A DNA stretch of 64,000 nucleotides, from contig CBDCWI010000002.1 of assembly GCA_965223325.1 (NCBI GenBank), forward strand, positions 256,001-320,000, given 5' to 3'. The stretch's first letter is position 1; each line of letters begins with the position of its first letter. Of this stretch, positions 1 through 12,856 are shown piece by piece. This stretch comes from Candidatus Multivoradales bacterium (GTDB lineage: Bacteria; Acidobacteriota; Thermoanaerobaculia; Multivoradales; Multivoraceae). The position numbers and the translations under genes are program-made. The notes below the pieces were generated by a model. That model was given only the letters and a program-made list of their open reading frames with translations. It was not told the DNA's origin and did not search any database.

Positions 1-558
1 GAGCAGAACTTCACCCGTATTCTCGAGGAGGTCACCAGCCTCGAAACCAACCCCGAGGGCGGCAACGTTCTCGAGATCACCGACCCGCGGCTCTTCGAAC
101 ACCCCTGGGCCTACATCTGCGAAGTGGGCTACTGGGACCCCACCGACGAAGAAATCGAGATCCTACGCAGCTACCTGTTGAAGGGTGGCTTCTTGATGGT
201 CGACGACTTCATCGACATGGGAGGCAGTTTCCAGTGGCGCAACTTCACCCATCACTTCCAGCGCCTCTTGCCCGGCTACCAGCTGCGTCGGATGGACCTC
301 TCTGACGGCATTTTCAGTATCTTCTTTCCGATGGAGAGCCTGGACCTCAACGATCCCGACCTGCCGCCCCTCGATGGAGCGATTTTCGGTGTCTACGAAG
401 ACGACGATCCAGAAGAGCGGCTGATGATGATCGTCAACTACAACATGGACGTTGGCGACTACTGGGAGTGGTCCGACCAGGGGCTCTACCCGATTGATCT
501 GACCCAGCGCGGCTTCAAGCTCGGGGTCAATTACGTCATGTATGGCCTCACCCATTGA
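1..558 (+). CDS. DUF4159-family protein, 5'-truncated by the window edge
   Basis: Open frame from base 1 (EQNFTRILEE...HPWAYICEVGYW...LRSYLLKGGFLMVDDF...DVGDYWEW...GVNYVMYGLTH); lies next to MoxR/DUF58 as is typical of this family. Confidence 0.8.
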   Translation, partial: EQNFTRILEEVTSLETNPEGGNVLEITDPRLFEHPWAYICEVGYWDPTDEEIEILRSYLLKGGFLMVDDFIDMGGSFQWRNFTHHFQRLLPGYQLRRMDLSDGIFSIFFPMESLDLNDPDLPPLDGAIFGVYEDDDPEERLMMIVNYNMDVGDYWEWSDQGLYPIDLTQRGFKLGVNYVMYGLTH

Positions 559-692
559 GGGCTGTCTCGCGCAAGGGGACGGCCGCCTCCAGGAGGCCTC
601 ACGCCCTGCCCGTGTCCTTGCTACCATCCGGTGCCGGCCAGCCGGAGCCCCGGACGATCCGGGGGCCGAGACAGCATTGACGGAGAGACCCC

Positions 693-1742
<1,050 letters not shown>

Positions 1743-1770
1743 GCCCTACCGGCCCCCGGGGAAGTTCACC

Positions 1771-2706
1771 TTGGTGACCAGCGCGCCATCCAGCAGCCAA
1801 GTACCGCGCTCCGGGCACGGGGTGGCTCGCTTTATCGATCCAGCGGCTCTGGCTGCGATCGCCAGCCTCGATCTGCTGGCTCGCACGGTCGTCGAGGGTT
1901 TTATCTCGGGGTTGCATCGTTCGCCCTTCCTCGGGCGGTCGATGGACTTTGCCGAGTATCGCGCCTACATGCCCGGCGACGACATTCGCCAGGTCGACTG
2001 GAAGGTCTACTCGCGCACCGACCGCTACTTCGTCAAGCAGTTCGAAGGCGACACCAACACCAACGTCAACATCGCCTTCGACGCCTCGGCGTCCATGAAC
2101 TTCGCCTCGGGAGAGATCACCAAGCTCGACTACGGTCGCTATCTCGCTGCTTCGCTCGCGTACTTCGCCTCGCGGCAGCGCGACCGCATCGGGCTGGTGA
2201 CTTTCGACCATCAGGTGCGCGACTGGGTGCCGCCGGCCGCCAAACATCTGCAGAACGTGTTGTTGACCCTCGATCGACTCGAGGCGGGTGGCGAGAGTGA
2301 CCTCGTAGCGCCTCTCATGCGCTTGACCCAGGCGATTCGTCGGCGCGCGATCGTGGTGGTCATCTCGGACCTCTATGAGGAGCCGGAGCGGGTGGTCGAA
2401 GCGCTACGCGGCTTCAAGGCGCGCGGCTGCGACGTGGTCGTGTTTCATATCCTCGATCCGGCAGAGCTCGACTTTCCCTACACCGGTCCGGGTGATTTCG
2501 TCGACCTCGAGAGCGGCGAGCGCCTTCCGGTGGTCCCCGAGTCCCTGGGTGACCGCTACCGCGAGCTGATCCAGGGACACATCGCCGACATCCAGCGCCG
2601 CCTGACAGAGCTCGACATCGACTACCAGCAGATCGGCACCCGAACGCCACTGGATGCTGCTCTGCACAGCTATCTCGGGCATCGCCTGGCGCGCATGAAG
2701 AGCTAG
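1771..2706 (+). CDS. DUF58 domain protein (vWA-like MoxR partner)
   Basis: GLHRSPFLGRSMDFAEYRAYMPGDDIRQVDWK, DASASM, VISDL. Confidence 0.9.
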   Translation: MVTSAPSSSQVPRSGHGVARFIDPAALAAIASLDLLARTVVEGFISGLHRSPFLGRSMDFAEYRAYMPGDDIRQVDWKVYSRTDRYFVKQFEGDTNTNVNIAFDASASMNFASGEITKLDYGRYLAASLAYFASRQRDRIGLVTFDHQVRDWVPPAAKHLQNVLLTLDRLEAGGESDLVAPLMRLTQAIRRRAIVVVISDLYEEPERVVEALRGFKARGCDVVVFHILDPAELDFPYTGPGDFVDLESGERLPVVPESLGDRYRELIQGHIADIQRRLTELDIDYQQIGTRTPLDAALHSYLGHRLARMKS

Positions 2707-2829
2707 CAGGAAACCTCTCGACCTCGTCGGGCGCCCGGCCGTTCGTCCCAGCGTCCAGCACTGAGGGGCTTTCGGTCGCTATGATTCGGAGGTCGAGTGC
2801 CCAACCAACACCAGCGAGCGTAGACTCCG

Positions 2830-5013
2830 ATCGCCTTTCTCACCCCAGCCTTCCTGTTCGGCCTTCTCGGTCTCGCGATACCGCTCCTGATTCACCTCAG
2901 CCGGCGGCGCCAGAGCACCGTGTATGAGTTTCCATCGCTCATGTTTCTGTCGCAGGTACCCTATCGCTCGGTGAGGCGGCGGCGTATCCGGCATTGGCTG
3001 CTCCTGGCGCTGCGCTGTGCAGCCTACGCTCTCCTGGTCCTGGCCTTCGCCCGGCCGCTTCTTCAGGGAGCACGGGTCGATGCGGAGGAAACCGCTGGCC
3101 AACGTCACCGGGTCGTTCTGCTCGACACCAGCTTCAGCATGACGCGCGACAGCGCTCGGGAAAGTGCGCGGCAGGCGGCACGCGATGCCGTCGCTGACTT
3201 GACCGAGAACGATCTCGTCTCGATCGTTGAGTTCGACCGCGAGGCGCGCGCCACGGTCACTGCCACTTCAGATCTCGACGAAGCACGACGCGCGATCGAG
3301 AATGTCACCGCGGGAGACGCGGCGACTCGTTTCGCCCCTGCGATCCAGCTAGCGCGCAAACTGCTGCTCGAGAATCCTGGCGCCCGCGAAGTCGCCATGA
3401 TCAGCGACTTTCAACGGACCGGACGCGGTGACGACGACCTCGACCTGCGCCTACCCGCCGGCACCCGGCTCGAGACCGTCCAGGTCGGAGAGGCCGGTGA
3501 GCACAACGTCGCAGTGGCCGGTGCCGAGCTCGATCGCGGGCAGAGCGATCGCCGTGAGCAGGTTGCGGTGTCGGCTCGCCTCTTGAACCCATCCGATCTT
3601 CCGGTGGCCGCCGAAGTCGACCTCAGTCTCAATCAGCGCGCTCTCGACCCGCAGGCGGCCGAGGTGCCAGCGTCAGGGACCGTCCAGGTCAACTTCGAGC
3701 GCGCGGTGCTCGAGTCGGGCGTACCGACCCAGGGCGTGATCGAGGCCGATACGCGCGATGCCATCGTCATCGACAACCAGTTCCGTTTCGTCGTCTCGCC
3801 TTCGCAGGGTATTCCGGTTCTGCTGGTCGAGGCAGGTCGGCGCAATCGCTACCTCGGCAACGCGCTCGCGCTCGGTCGCTACCCGAACTTCCGGCTCCGC
3901 CGCGTACGTGCCGCCGACCTCACCGCGGCGGATCTCGTCGATCAGCCGGTGGTGATTCTCAACGACTCGACCTCGGCGATCAGCGCCGCCGGTGTTCAAC
4001 TGCTCGAACGCCACGTCGACTCGGGCGGCGGACTGCTGGTGGTGTGGGCTGGAGGAGAGTCGACAGCGAACCGTTCGGCGCTCGCCGAGGCACTCAACCT
4101 ACCGAGAATCGAAGCAGAACGGCGCACGTCGCGGGGAGCGCGCGGTATCGCCTACCTCGACCTCGCGCACCCGGCGCTCGAGGTCTTCGCTGCGCCGCGC
4201 AGTGGTGACTTCGGTGGGGTGAGCATCTTTCGCTACCACCGGCTGCAGGAGAGCAGCAGCCTGCACCACACGATCGCGCGCTTCGGTGACGGCTCGCCGG
4301 CGTTGGTCGAGGTGTCCCCGGTCGACCCTGATGCGGCTGGCGAAGGCGAAGATCCGTCTGCGCTGTCTGAGCTCACCGGTCGCGGGCGTGTACTGGTCTG
4401 GCCGAGCGCCCTCGACAACGTCTGGGGCGACCTGGTGCTACGGCCGGTTTTTTTGCCCTTCGTGCATCGTTTGACGCAGTACCTGGCCGCCCATGAGCCC
4501 GACCGCGAGTGGTACGAGGTTGGCCAGGTGGTCGATCTCGAGGGTGCGCTCAGCGAACGTTTCGGGTCAGACGCCGGAGACGACGGCTGGCTGGTGTTGC
4601 CTCCGGCCGGCGAGGAGCGGTCGCTCGAACCAGACAGCGAGCTGCTGGTCGATCTCGACCAACGCGGCTTCTGGACGGTTCGCCCGGTCGGCAACCGTCC
4701 CAACGACAGCCTGGTGCTGGCCGCCAACCTCGATCCGCGCGAGTCCGATCTCGCCACTCTCGATCTCGAGGTCCTGGCCGGCGCGATGGCGCCTCTGGCG
4801 CAGGATGTCGATGATGTCGATGATGGCGATGCTGGTGTAGAAGGCGCCGGCATCACGCCGACGCCAGACAGAGGAGGAGCCGAGGAGGGCGGGCGCCTGT
4901 GGTGGTTTCTCCTGGCTCTCATGCTCTTGATCCTCGGCATCGAGAGTTGGCTGGCGAGTCGCTACTCGCTGGCGCCGCGCATTGGATCGAGACGCACCCG
5001 GGCAGCCACCTGA
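2830..5013 (+). CDS. BatA N-terminal / vWA domain membrane protein; start uncertain (ATC at 2830)
   Basis: The frame extends upstream of the called ORF as IAFLTPAFLFGLLGLAIPLLIHL (BatA motif); DTSFSM MIDAS motif, ISDFQ, C-terminal LWWFLL TM segment. Confidence 0.85.
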   Translation: MAFLTPAFLFGLLGLAIPLLIHLSRRRQSTVYEFPSLMFLSQVPYRSVRRRRIRHWLLLALRCAAYALLVLAFARPLLQGARVDAEETAGQRHRVVLLDTSFSMTRDSARESARQAARDAVADLTENDLVSIVEFDREARATVTATSDLDEARRAIENVTAGDAATRFAPAIQLARKLLLENPGAREVAMISDFQRTGRGDDDLDLRLPAGTRLETVQVGEAGEHNVAVAGAELDRGQSDRREQVAVSARLLNPSDLPVAAEVDLSLNQRALDPQAAEVPASGTVQVNFERAVLESGVPTQGVIEADTRDAIVIDNQFRFVVSPSQGIPVLLVEAGRRNRYLGNALALGRYPNFRLRRVRAADLTAADLVDQPVVILNDSTSAISAAGVQLLERHVDSGGGLLVVWAGGESTANRSALAEALNLPRIEAERRTSRGARGIAYLDLAHPALEVFAAPRSGDFGGVSIFRYHRLQESSSLHHTIARFGDGSPALVEVSPVDPDAAGEGEDPSALSELTGRGRVLVWPSALDNVWGDLVLRPVFLPFVHRLTQYLAAHEPDREWYEVGQVVDLEGALSERFGSDAGDDGWLVLPPAGEERSLEPDSELLVDLDQRGFWTVRPVGNRPNDSLVLAANLDPRESDLATLDLEVLAGAMAPLAQDVDDVDDGDAGVEGAGITPTPDRGGAEEGGRLWWFLLALMLLILGIESWLASRYSLAPRIGSRRTRAAT

Positions 5014-5096
5014 ACGAGGCTCCTGCCGAGTTGCCTAAAGAGGGGGCCTGATGAAGAAGAACAGCGCAATGCCAAAGAGGACAGCGGGAGCCAACG

Positions 5097-8000
5097 ATGA
5101 GTGATCCGGGCGAAAGAACCCACAACGAGCCGCAGAGCTCCGGTGAGCCTCGCGCACAGAACGAGTCTCAGGCCGAGAACCCGCTTCTTTCCGCTCAGCG
5201 GTCTTCGCGCTACCAGGAGGTCCTGGCGCTGATCCGGCGTGTGCGGAGGCGCTGGCGCATGCGGGTCGGTCTGCGCGGCCTGTTGATCGTCGTGGCGGTT
5301 GGTTTTCTCGCCTTCGTGGTTTCGGTGTGGGGAATGGACCGGCTCCTGTACTCCGAGCGCGCCATCTTCTGGTTTCGTGCCCTCACCTGGTTGACTCTTG
5401 CGGCGCTGGCGCTGCGCTTTCTCGTTTTGCCACTTGCTCGTCGGGTCAGCGACGAGCAGATCGCCCTCTACGTCGAAGAGAACGAGCCGTCCATGCAGGC
5501 AGCGCTCCTTTCGGCACTCGAACTGGGACCCGACGCCGAAACCAACGCCTCACCGGAGTTTGCGAACGAGCTCATGTCACGGGTCGTCGAAGAAAGTCGG
5601 GCGATCGACTTCGGTCGCGCGATCGAACGGCCCCGTTTGCGAAAACTGAGCGGTAGTGTCGCCCTGGCTTCAGGCCTTGCGATGCTGGCCATTCTGGCGA
5701 GCCCGGCGTTTCTACAGCACGGTGCGATGCTGCTCTTTGCCCCCTGGACAGCTGGAGCCGACACCAACCCCTACGGCGTGCTCGCTTCTCCGGGCAACAT
5801 CGAAGTGCCACGGGGCTCCGATCTGGCGATTCACGCTGCCCTGGTCAACTTCGAACATGAACCCGTCGAGTTGATGTGGAAGAGCGGCGACGGCGATTGG
5901 CAGCGCTTTGTGATGGCAGCGGTCGATCGTGCGGCCTCTACCGTCGATCGTGATGATCTCGGCGAGTTCGAGCTCGGGGCTTCAGGCGACGAAGAGGTCG
6001 CGACTGAACAGCCCGAGCCGCCGGCTCACACGCCAGGTGCACTCCTCGGCGGTCCTCCCGAGGGCTTCGAAGCTGGCTACGAGCACATGCTGCTCAACCT
6101 CCAGGAGTCGGCCGAGTACTACATCGCGGCCAGTACCGTGCGCACACCGATCCATCGCATCGATGTGGTCGAGCTTCCCTGGGTCGAGAGCATCGATGCG
6201 CGTTACATCTTTCCCGAGTACACCGGCCTCGAGGCACGTGAGGAAGAAGACAGCGGTGACCTGGTCGCCCTGCGCGGCACCAAGGTCGAGCTCACCCTCC
6301 ACCCGACGCTCGAGACCACCCGCGGTCAGCTCCTGATCGATGAAACCAAGATCATCGAGCTGGTGCCTGGCCCGGAGGGAGTGCTGCTGGCGACCCTCGA
6401 TATCGAGCGCTCGACCTGGTACCGCATCGAACTCGAGGGCTACGACGGCGATCTTCATCGTGCCTCCTCGGAGTACACCATTCAAGTCATCGACGACCAA
6501 CCGCCGATCCTGCGCTTTTCCCAACCCGGGCGGGACATCAAGGCGCACAAGATCGATGAGGTCTTTCTCGAAGTACAGGCCGAAGACGACTACGGTCTCG
6601 GCCGCATCGAGTTGGTGTGGAGTGTGACCGGTGGCGAAGAGACCAGCACGGTGCTCTATCGCGGCGGGCGCCGGGAGGTGACCGCTGGTCATACCTTCTT
6701 TCTCGAGGAGATCGAGCTCGAAGATGGAGACTTCATTTCGTACTACGGCCGAGCCTTCGACCGAAGTGGCGTTGGCGGACGACAGTTGGCGACCACCGAC
6801 ATCTACTTCATCGAGATTCGCCCCTTTGGCAAGGACTATCGCCGGATGGAGGGGGGCGGTGGCCAGGGCGGTGACCAGGGTGGTATGGACGACACGCTGT
6901 CGGTGACCCAGCGCCAGATCATCGCCGCGACCTTCCGCATGATTCGCGACCGTGCCGACATCGAAGCTCGGGAGTTGAACGAGAACCTGGCAACCGTCGG
7001 TCTGATGCAGGGGCGCTTGCGGGAGCAGGTCGACACCTTGATCTCGCGAATGCAGAACCGCACGACTCTTTCCGGCGACACCGACTTTCAGGCCATCATC
7101 GAGAACCTGACCTTGGCGCGCGAACAGATGGGTCCGGCCGAGGAGGCGTTGGTCGAACAGAGGCCCAAGGAGGCCTTACCGCTCGAACAGACCGCCCTCA
7201 AGTATCTGCAACGCGCCGAAGCGGTGTTTCGTGATGTGCGTGTGTCTTTCGACCCCAGCGGCGGTGGCGGAGGAGGTCAACAGCAGCAACTCTCCGAGGA
7301 CCTGGCCGATCTCTTCGAGCTCGAACTCGACAAGCTCCGCAACCAGTACGAGACCGTGCAGCGCGGCGAGCGCCAACAGACAGAACAAGCGATCGACGAA
7401 GCGATGCAGAAACTGCGCGAGCTCGCCCGTCGCCAGGAACAGGAGAACGAACGGGCGCGAAAAGGCATTCCTGGCGGCAAGGGCGGTGGCTCCAAGAACC
7501 AGAACGAGCTGATCGAGGAAACCGAGAAGCTGGCACGAGAGCTCGAGACCCTGGCCCGCGAGCGCCAGCGGCCGGAGCTCCAGGAGGCGGCGCGCCGCCT
7601 GCGTGAGGCCACCGAGGAAATGCGCCGGGCCTCAGCCGGCAGCCGCTCCGGTTCGTCGGTTGGCGACGGCGTTGCGGCGCTCGATCGCCTGCGCGACACC
7701 AAGCGCCTGCTCGATAAGACCCGCAGCCAGGATTTCAAGGAACAGCTCAGCCAGACCGCGCAACGAGCCGACCGCGTGCAAGAGATGCAAGAGCGCATCA
7801 AAGAACAGGTCGCCGGTCTTCCGACGCGCGAAGAGGCGGCGTCGTCAGGACGGGCCGCTTCCGAGCGCGAGGAGCGCCTCGAGAGACTCGCCGAACGCAA
7901 GACCCAGCTCGAACAAGAGGTCAAAGGCCTCGAGTCAGAGCTCGACCGCCTGGCACGTCAGGCTCGCGAGGAGAGCCCCGAAGCGTCGAGTGATCTGCAA

Positions 8001-9020
8001 GCGGCGGCCAACTCGATTCGCGACAACCAACTCAAAGAGAAGATCCGCTACTCAGAGGGTGTTGCCCGCGGTCGCGAGAAGGACTACGCCGAGCTCTTCG
8101 AAGGTGAGATCGGAAAGGACATCGAGGAGCTGCGTCAGCATCTCGGTGAGGCCAGCAGCAACGCCGGCAGCTCCAGTGGGCGCAGCCAGGCCGACGCTCT
8201 CGAGCGCGCCCGTGAGCTGGTCCAGAGCCTCGAGTCACTCGAGTCACGGCTGCGCGAGCGCACGTCGGGCGAGGAACGGGGGCAGCAGGCGAGTGCGCAG
8301 ACTGGCCAACCCGGCGAGCAGCAGGCCGGGCAAGACGGCCAGGCCGGTGAACAGGGCAGCCCGCCCCGCGAGTCGGGCCAGCAGCCCGGCGAGCAACCTG
8401 GTGAAGGTCAAGGTCAACAGGGTCAGGGAGAAGGCCAGGGTCAAGGTCAGGGAGAGCAAGGTCAGGGAGAACCAGGCGCCCGTCTCGACCGGGCCTCCCG
8501 TGCCGGCACACCCGGTGGCGAGGGCGAGGGCGAGGGCGAGAACCCGAGCCAGGCCGATGGTGGCGGTGGCCAGGGGCAAGCGCAACAGCCCCACCAGAGC
8601 GGCGACGGCCGCGGCGGTAGCGAAGCGGTGATCGGTTCCAACTGGGGAGGCAGCTTCCAGCCCGGGACGATGAGCAACGAAGAAGTACGCCAGTTCCAGC
8701 GTGAGCTCTCAGAAAGGGTTCGCCAGGGCCGCGAGCTCTCGGACCAGTTGCGCCAGCAGGGCCTCGATTCGACGTCGCTCGATCAGATCCTGCGCCAGAT
8801 GAATGCGCTCCAGGTGCGCAAGATCAACAACGATCCGCTCGCTCTAAACCAGCTCAAGGAGGGGGTCGTCGAGGGTCTGCGGCAGTTCGAGTACACGCTC
8901 TGGCGGGAGATCGAAGGTGGCGAAGAGAAGCTCTTCCTCGAGAACTCGGACTTTGTTCCGGACGGCTACCGAGAATTGGTTGAGGAGTACTACCGGAAGC
9001 TGTCGAGGGCTTCGAAGTAG
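5097..9020 (+). CDS. Large membrane-anchored coiled-coil protein (DUF4175-like) with a Gly/Gln-rich C-terminal region
   Basis: N-terminal TM helices, PEYTG and EDDYGL motifs, long coiled coils, GQGQ repeats, C-terminal [17 protein letters not shown]. Confidence 0.8.
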   Translation: MSDPGERTHNEPQSSGEPRAQNESQAENPLLSAQRSSRYQEVLALIRRVRRRWRMRVGLRGLLIVVAVGFLAFVVSVWGMDRLLYSERAIFWFRALTWLTLAALALRFLVLPLARRVSDEQIALYVEENEPSMQAALLSALELGPDAETNASPEFANELMSRVVEESRAIDFGRAIERPRLRKLSGSVALASGLAMLAILASPAFLQHGAMLLFAPWTAGADTNPYGVLASPGNIEVPRGSDLAIHAALVNFEHEPVELMWKSGDGDWQRFVMAAVDRAASTVDRDDLGEFELGASGDEEVATEQPEPPAHTPGALLGGPPEGFEAGYEHMLLNLQESAEYYIAASTVRTPIHRIDVVELPWVESIDARYIFPEYTGLEAREEEDSGDLVALRGTKVELTLHPTLETTRGQLLIDETKIIELVPGPEGVLLATLDIERSTWYRIELEGYDGDLHRASSEYTIQVIDDQPPILRFSQPGRDIKAHKIDEVFLEVQAEDDYGLGRIELVWSVTGGEETSTVLYRGGRREVTAGHTFFLEEIELEDGDFISYYGRAFDRSGVGGRQLATTDIYFIEIRPFGKDYRRMEGGGGQGGDQGGMDDTLSVTQRQIIAATFRMIRDRADIEARELNENLATVGLMQGRLREQVDTLISRMQNRTTLSGDTDFQAIIENLTLAREQMGPAEEALVEQRPKEALPLEQTALKYLQRAEAVFRDVRVSFDPSGGGGGGQQQQLSEDLADLFELELDKLRNQYETVQRGERQQTEQAIDEAMQKLRELARRQEQENERARKGIPGGKGGGSKNQNELIEETEKLARELETLARERQRPELQEAARRLREATEEMRRASAGSRSGSSVGDGVAALDRLRDTKRLLDKTRSQDFKEQLSQTAQRADRVQEMQERIKEQVAGLPTREEAASSGRAASEREERLERLAERKTQLEQEVKGLESELDRLARQAREESPEASSDLQAAANSIRDNQLKEKIRYSEGVARGREKDYAELFEGEIGKDIEELRQHLGEASSNAGSSSGRSQADALERARELVQSLESLESRLRERTSGEERGQQASAQTGQPGEQQAGQDGQAGEQGSPPRESGQQPGEQPGEGQGQQGQGEGQGQGQGEQGQGEPGARLDRASRAGTPGGEGEGEGENPSQADGGGGQGQAQQPHQSGDGRGGSEAVIGSNWGGSFQPGTMSNEEVRQFQRELSERVRQGRELSDQLRQQGLDSTSLDQILRQMNALQVRKINNDPLALNQLKEGVVEGLRQFEYTLWREIEGGEEKLFLENSDFVPDGYRELVEEYYRKLSRASK

Positions 9021-9114
9021 TGCCGCTCCGGGCGTTTTCTCACAAGAGTGTCCCAGACGAAATGAACGACACCTGAGTACGGTTGGCGCCCTCGAACTGC
9101 AACCGGAGGATCTC

Positions 9115-9702
9115 ATGAAAACCACTCCCACACGCCACATCGTGGCCTTCTCTTTGTCGTCTGCCGTGCTCATCGCGCTCGCCGGCTGCCAGCCAGCGGA
9201 CGGCCAGACCGCCGCCGCCAAAGCCACTGCTTCTGAGGTTTCCAGGCCAGGTCCCGACTGGCAGAAGCCGTCGTCAGAAGAGCTCAAAAGGACGCTGACG
9301 GGAATGCAGTACCGAGTGACTCAGGAAGACGGCACCGAGCCGGCGTTTCGCAACGAGTATTGGGACAACAAGGAGCCCGGGATCTACGTTGACATCGTGA
9401 GCGGCGAGCCGCTCTTCTCCTCGACAGAGAAGTACAAGTCAGGCACCGGCTGGCCTTCTTTCTGGGCCCCGATCGACAAAGACAGAATCGTCGAGCGCGA
9501 AGACCGCAAACTATTCATGAAGCGAGTCGAGGTGCGTTCGAGGCTTGGTGACTCACACCTTGGACACGTGTTCCCCGACGGGCCACCGCCAACCGGTCTG
9601 CGCTACTGCCTCAACTCTGCCAGTCTGCGCTTCATCCCCCGCGCCGACCTCGAACGCGAGGGCTACGGTGAGTACCAGAAGCTCTTCGAGTCCACCGAGT
9701 AG
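9115..9702 (+). CDS. msrB: Peptide methionine-(R)-sulfoxide reductase with a lipoprotein signal
   Basis: GGAGG SD before ATG 9115; LIALAGC lipobox; [29 protein letters not shown]. Confidence 0.93.
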   Translation: MKTTPTRHIVAFSLSSAVLIALAGCQPADGQTAAAKATASEVSRPGPDWQKPSSEELKRTLTGMQYRVTQEDGTEPAFRNEYWDNKEPGIYVDIVSGEPLFSSTEKYKSGTGWPSFWAPIDKDRIVEREDRKLFMKRVEVRSRLGDSHLGHVFPDGPPPTGLRYCLNSASLRFIPRADLEREGYGEYQKLFESTE

Positions 9703-9723
9703 CGCCAGCGAAAGGACAATCTC

Positions 9724-10641
9724 TCAGCGATGGCGTGGCACCGTGTGCTGCCAGTCTGCGAGGAGGGCCCGAAGGGCGGCAATGAAGGCCAGCGGCTGAT
9801 CGAGAATCAGGTGATGGTGCGCGTCGGGAATCTCGACCAGGGGCACGTTCCCGTCGAGGAGCTCGAGCATGTACTCCTGGGTCTCGGGGGGCACGACACG
9901 GCTGTACTCGCCGCGCATCAACGCGATGCGGCAACCGACGTTCACCAGGTGGTCGGCCAGTGACTCCCGTTCACGGTGCGTAAAGACCCGCGGGTCGAAT
10001 TTCCAGGTGTACTGGCCATCGCTGGTCGGTCTGAGGGAACGCCGCGCGATGTAGTCGAGAATCCAGTCGTTGCGCGCCGGTTGCTCCGGCACCAGCCTGA
10101 AGCGTTCGACCGCGGCGTCGACCGTGGGGTAGGACTTGGGATTGCGAAAGCTCCGTCCACGCTGGCCTTCGACCGATTCGGGATCCGGCCGCCGGACCGG
10201 CGAGTCGACGATGATCGCCCCCTCGAGGCGATCACCGGCGAGCGCTGCGGTGGCGATCGAAACCAAACCGCCCATGCTGTGGCCTACCAGCACCGGTCGA
10301 CCGGGGAAGTCGGCGTTCTCGGCGACCGCGAGGATCTCGGCGGCCCACTGCGCGAAGGTATAGCGCTCGCGATGCTCGCTGTCACCATGCCCCGAAAGAT
10401 CGATCGCGATGACCCGGTAGTGGTGGGTGAGCTGCGGCGCCAGGAAGCTCCACCAGTGGGCGTGCGCGGCGCCACCGTGCACCAGGATGAGTCCGGGCCG
10501 GGCAGGGTCGCCCCAGGCCAAAAAGGAAATGCGCACTCCCTCGACCTGGGCAAAGTGCTGCCGCGAAGGCACCGCGAGAGCCCGCCGGAACCAGGCTGGG
10601 GCCGAACGCTCGGTGGGAGCTCGATCGGACAGGGCGCTCAA
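9724..10641 (-). CDS. Alpha/beta-fold hydrolase
   Basis: HGGAAH, DLSGHGDS, GHSMGG nucleophile elbow; likely TTG start overlapping the upstream TGA. Confidence 0.88.
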   Translation of the reverse strand: MSALSDRAPTERSAPAWFRRALAVPSRQHFAQVEGVRISFLAWGDPARPGLILVHGGAAHAHWWSFLAPQLTHHYRVIAIDLSGHGDSEHRERYTFAQWAAEILAVAENADFPGRPVLVGHSMGGLVSIATAALAGDRLEGAIIVDSPVRRPDPESVEGQRGRSFRNPKSYPTVDAAVERFRLVPEQPARNDWILDYIARRSLRPTSDGQYTWKFDPRVFTHRERESLADHLVNVGCRIALMRGEYSRVVPPETQEYMLELLDGNVPLVEIPDAHHHLILDQPLAFIAALRALLADWQHTVPRHR

Positions 10642-11501
10642 TCCTCGCCGAGCGGGCGGTAGTCCTCGTCGTCCCACCAGGGCCAGTAGTCGGGCATGTC
10701 CTGGGAAACCTTCATTGGAAAGTCGGGCGAGCGCTTTTCGAGGAAGGAATTGACCCCTTCGGCGGCATCGGCGCTCCGGCCGCGGTGGTAGATCCCCTGC
10801 GACTCGATGCGATGACCCATCATCGGCGACGAGGCGGGGAGCTGGCGCCAGAGCATGTGCCGAGTGAGTGCCACCGACACCGGGGCGGCATTGTCACGGA
10901 TTTCCCGCGCGATTTCGGTTGCCCTCTCGAGCAGGTCATCATGGGCGACGACCTGGCTCACCAGACCTCCCCGCAGGGCCTCCTGGGCGTCGAAGACCCG
11001 CCCGGTCAACGCCCATTCGCTGGCCTGCGAGATGCCGACGACGCGCGGCAAGAAGAAGGAGCTGCAAGCCTCTGGAACCATCCCACGGCGAACGAACACG
11101 AACCCCATGCGGGCGCGCTCGGAGGCAATGCGAATGTCCATGGGTAGCGTCATGGTGATGCCGACCCCTACTGCCGGCCCGTTGATGGCCGCGATCACGG
11201 GCTTGCGCTGCTTCCAGATCGCCAGTGCGGTGCGGCCACCACCATCGCGGTAGGTGTCGATCGACTCGCCGGATGAGAACGTACTGCCACCAGAAGAAAG
11301 GTCCGCTCCAGCGCAGAAGCCACGGCCGGCACCGGTGACGAGGATGGCGCGCACGTCGTCGTTCTCGTCGGCGCGCTCGAACGCCTCGATGAGTTCCCTT
11401 TGCATGGTGCCGGTATAGGCGTTGAGTTTCTCGGGGCGGTTCAAGGTAATCGTCAGGATCCCCTCGTCGAGTCCCCAGTGAATGTGTTGGTAGTCGGTCA
11501 T
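10638..11501 (-). CDS. Enoyl-CoA hydratase/isomerase (crotonase) family protein
   Basis: TLNRPEKLNA, FCAGADL, KPVIAAINGPAVGVG. Confidence 0.92.
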   Translation of the reverse strand: MTDYQHIHWGLDEGILTITLNRPEKLNAYTGTMQRELIEAFERADENDDVRAILVTGAGRGFCAGADLSSGGSTFSSGESIDTYRDGGGRTALAIWKQRKPVIAAINGPAVGVGITMTLPMDIRIASERARMGFVFVRRGMVPEACSSFFLPRVVGISQASEWALTGRVFDAQEALRGGLVSQVVAHDDLLERATEIAREIRDNAAPVSVALTRHMLWRQLPASSPMMGHRIESQGIYHRGRSADAAEGVNSFLEKRSPDFPMKVSQDMPDYWPWWDDEDYRPLGED

Positions 11502-11521
11502 TGCGATGGTCTCCGGTTGGT

Positions 11522-12811
11522 TCAGAGTCCTGGCACCGGGTAGGCAAGGCAGAAGGTCTCGATCTCAGAACGGAGCGCAGCAAGGCGCTCCGGGTCGTCG
11601 TGACTGCCGAGCGCCTGATTGATCCAGTCGCCAACCTTCTGCATCTCGGAGACGCCGAAACCCCGCGTCGTCGGAGCGGGGGTTCCGAGACGAATGCCGC
11701 TCGGCCGGAGGGGCGGGTTGGGGTCGTCAGGAATGAGCTGTTTGTTGACCGTGATGCTGACCGCATCGAGGGTCTCCTCGCCAACCCGCCCGTCGATGCC
11801 GTAGGACTCGAGAGTGTTGAGCACCATGAGATGGTTCTCGGTACCGCCAGTCACCAGCGTCGCGCCGTGGCCGATGAGGTTCTCGGCCAGGGCCGTTGCG
11901 TTGGTGAGGACGTTCTTGGCATAGGTCGCGAACTCCGGCTCGAGCGCCTTCTTGAGTGTCACCGCAACTGCCGCGACTGCGTGCATGTGCGGCCCACCCT
12001 GGAGCCCGGGAAAAACCGCCTTGTCGATCGCCTTCTTATACTCCTTCTTCGACAGGATCATGCCGCCACGCGGACCACGCAGCGACTTGTGAGTGGTCGT
12101 GGTCATGACGTCGAAGCCATGATCGAGCGGGTTCTCGAGGGCGTTACCAGCAATTAAACCACCCACGTGCGAGACGTCGGCCATGGTGAGTGCGCCGACC
12201 TCAGAAGCGATGCGGCGAAACGCCGCGTAGTCGTACTCGCGTGGATAGGAGGAATGGCCACAGAGGATCAACTTCGGCTGATGCTGTTTGGCGAGCGCCA
12301 ATACCTCGTCATAGTCGATCGAACCGTCGCTGGGATCGGTCTTGTAGCGGTAGAACTCGAAGACTTTTCCCATGTGGCTCACCGGCGCCCCGTGGGTCAG
12401 GTGCCCGCCATGCGACAGGTCCATTGCCAGCACCCGATCACCGGGCTCGAGCAACGCGAAGTAGACCGCCTGGTTCATTGGCGACCCGGAAAGCGGCTGA
12501 ACGTTGGCAGCTCCAGCGCGAAAGACCTTCTTCGCGCGCCGAATCGCCAGCCGCTCGACCGCATCCGTGAACTCCTGCCCACCGTAGTAACGCCGCCCAG
12601 GGTACCCCTCGGCGTACTTGTTGGTGAGCACCGAGCCATTGCAGGCGAAGACCTCGGGGTAGGTGTAGTTCTCCGACGGGATCAACTCGACCCCACGACG
12701 CTCACGGTCCTCCTCACCAACCAGGGCGAGATGAACCTCAGGATCGTATTGAGCGAGCGCTTCGCGGTGCGCGCGCGCCAAGGCAAAGTGGCGTTCAGGG
12801 GCGTCAGACAT
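11522..12811 (-). CDS. glyA: Serine hydroxymethyltransferase
   Basis: LIPSEN, NKYAEGYPGRRYYGG, GGHLTHG, TTTHKSLRGPRGG PLP lysine motif. Confidence 0.97.
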   Translation of the reverse strand: MSDAPERHFALARAHREALAQYDPEVHLALVGEEDRERRGVELIPSENYTYPEVFACNGSVLTNKYAEGYPGRRYYGGQEFTDAVERLAIRRAKKVFRAGAANVQPLSGSPMNQAVYFALLEPGDRVLAMDLSHGGHLTHGAPVSHMGKVFEFYRYKTDPSDGSIDYDEVLALAKQHQPKLILCGHSSYPREYDYAAFRRIASEVGALTMADVSHVGGLIAGNALENPLDHGFDVMTTTTHKSLRGPRGGMILSKKEYKKAIDKAVFPGLQGGPHMHAVAAVAVTLKKALEPEFATYAKNVLTNATALAENLIGHGATLVTGGTENHLMVLNTLESYGIDGRVGEETLDAVSITVNKQLIPDDPNPPLRPSGIRLGTPAPTTRGFGVSEMQKVGDWINQALGSHDDPERLAALRSEIETFCLAYPVPGL

Positions 12812-12856
12812 AGGCGGTGCCTCCAGAGTCCATCGTCAAAGGGTGTCCGGTGGCGT

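Noticed and set aside
8280-8600. GGTCAAGG/GGCGAG repeats as a DNA element
   Set aside because: They simply encode the Gly/Gln/Glu low-complexity linker of the large protein.
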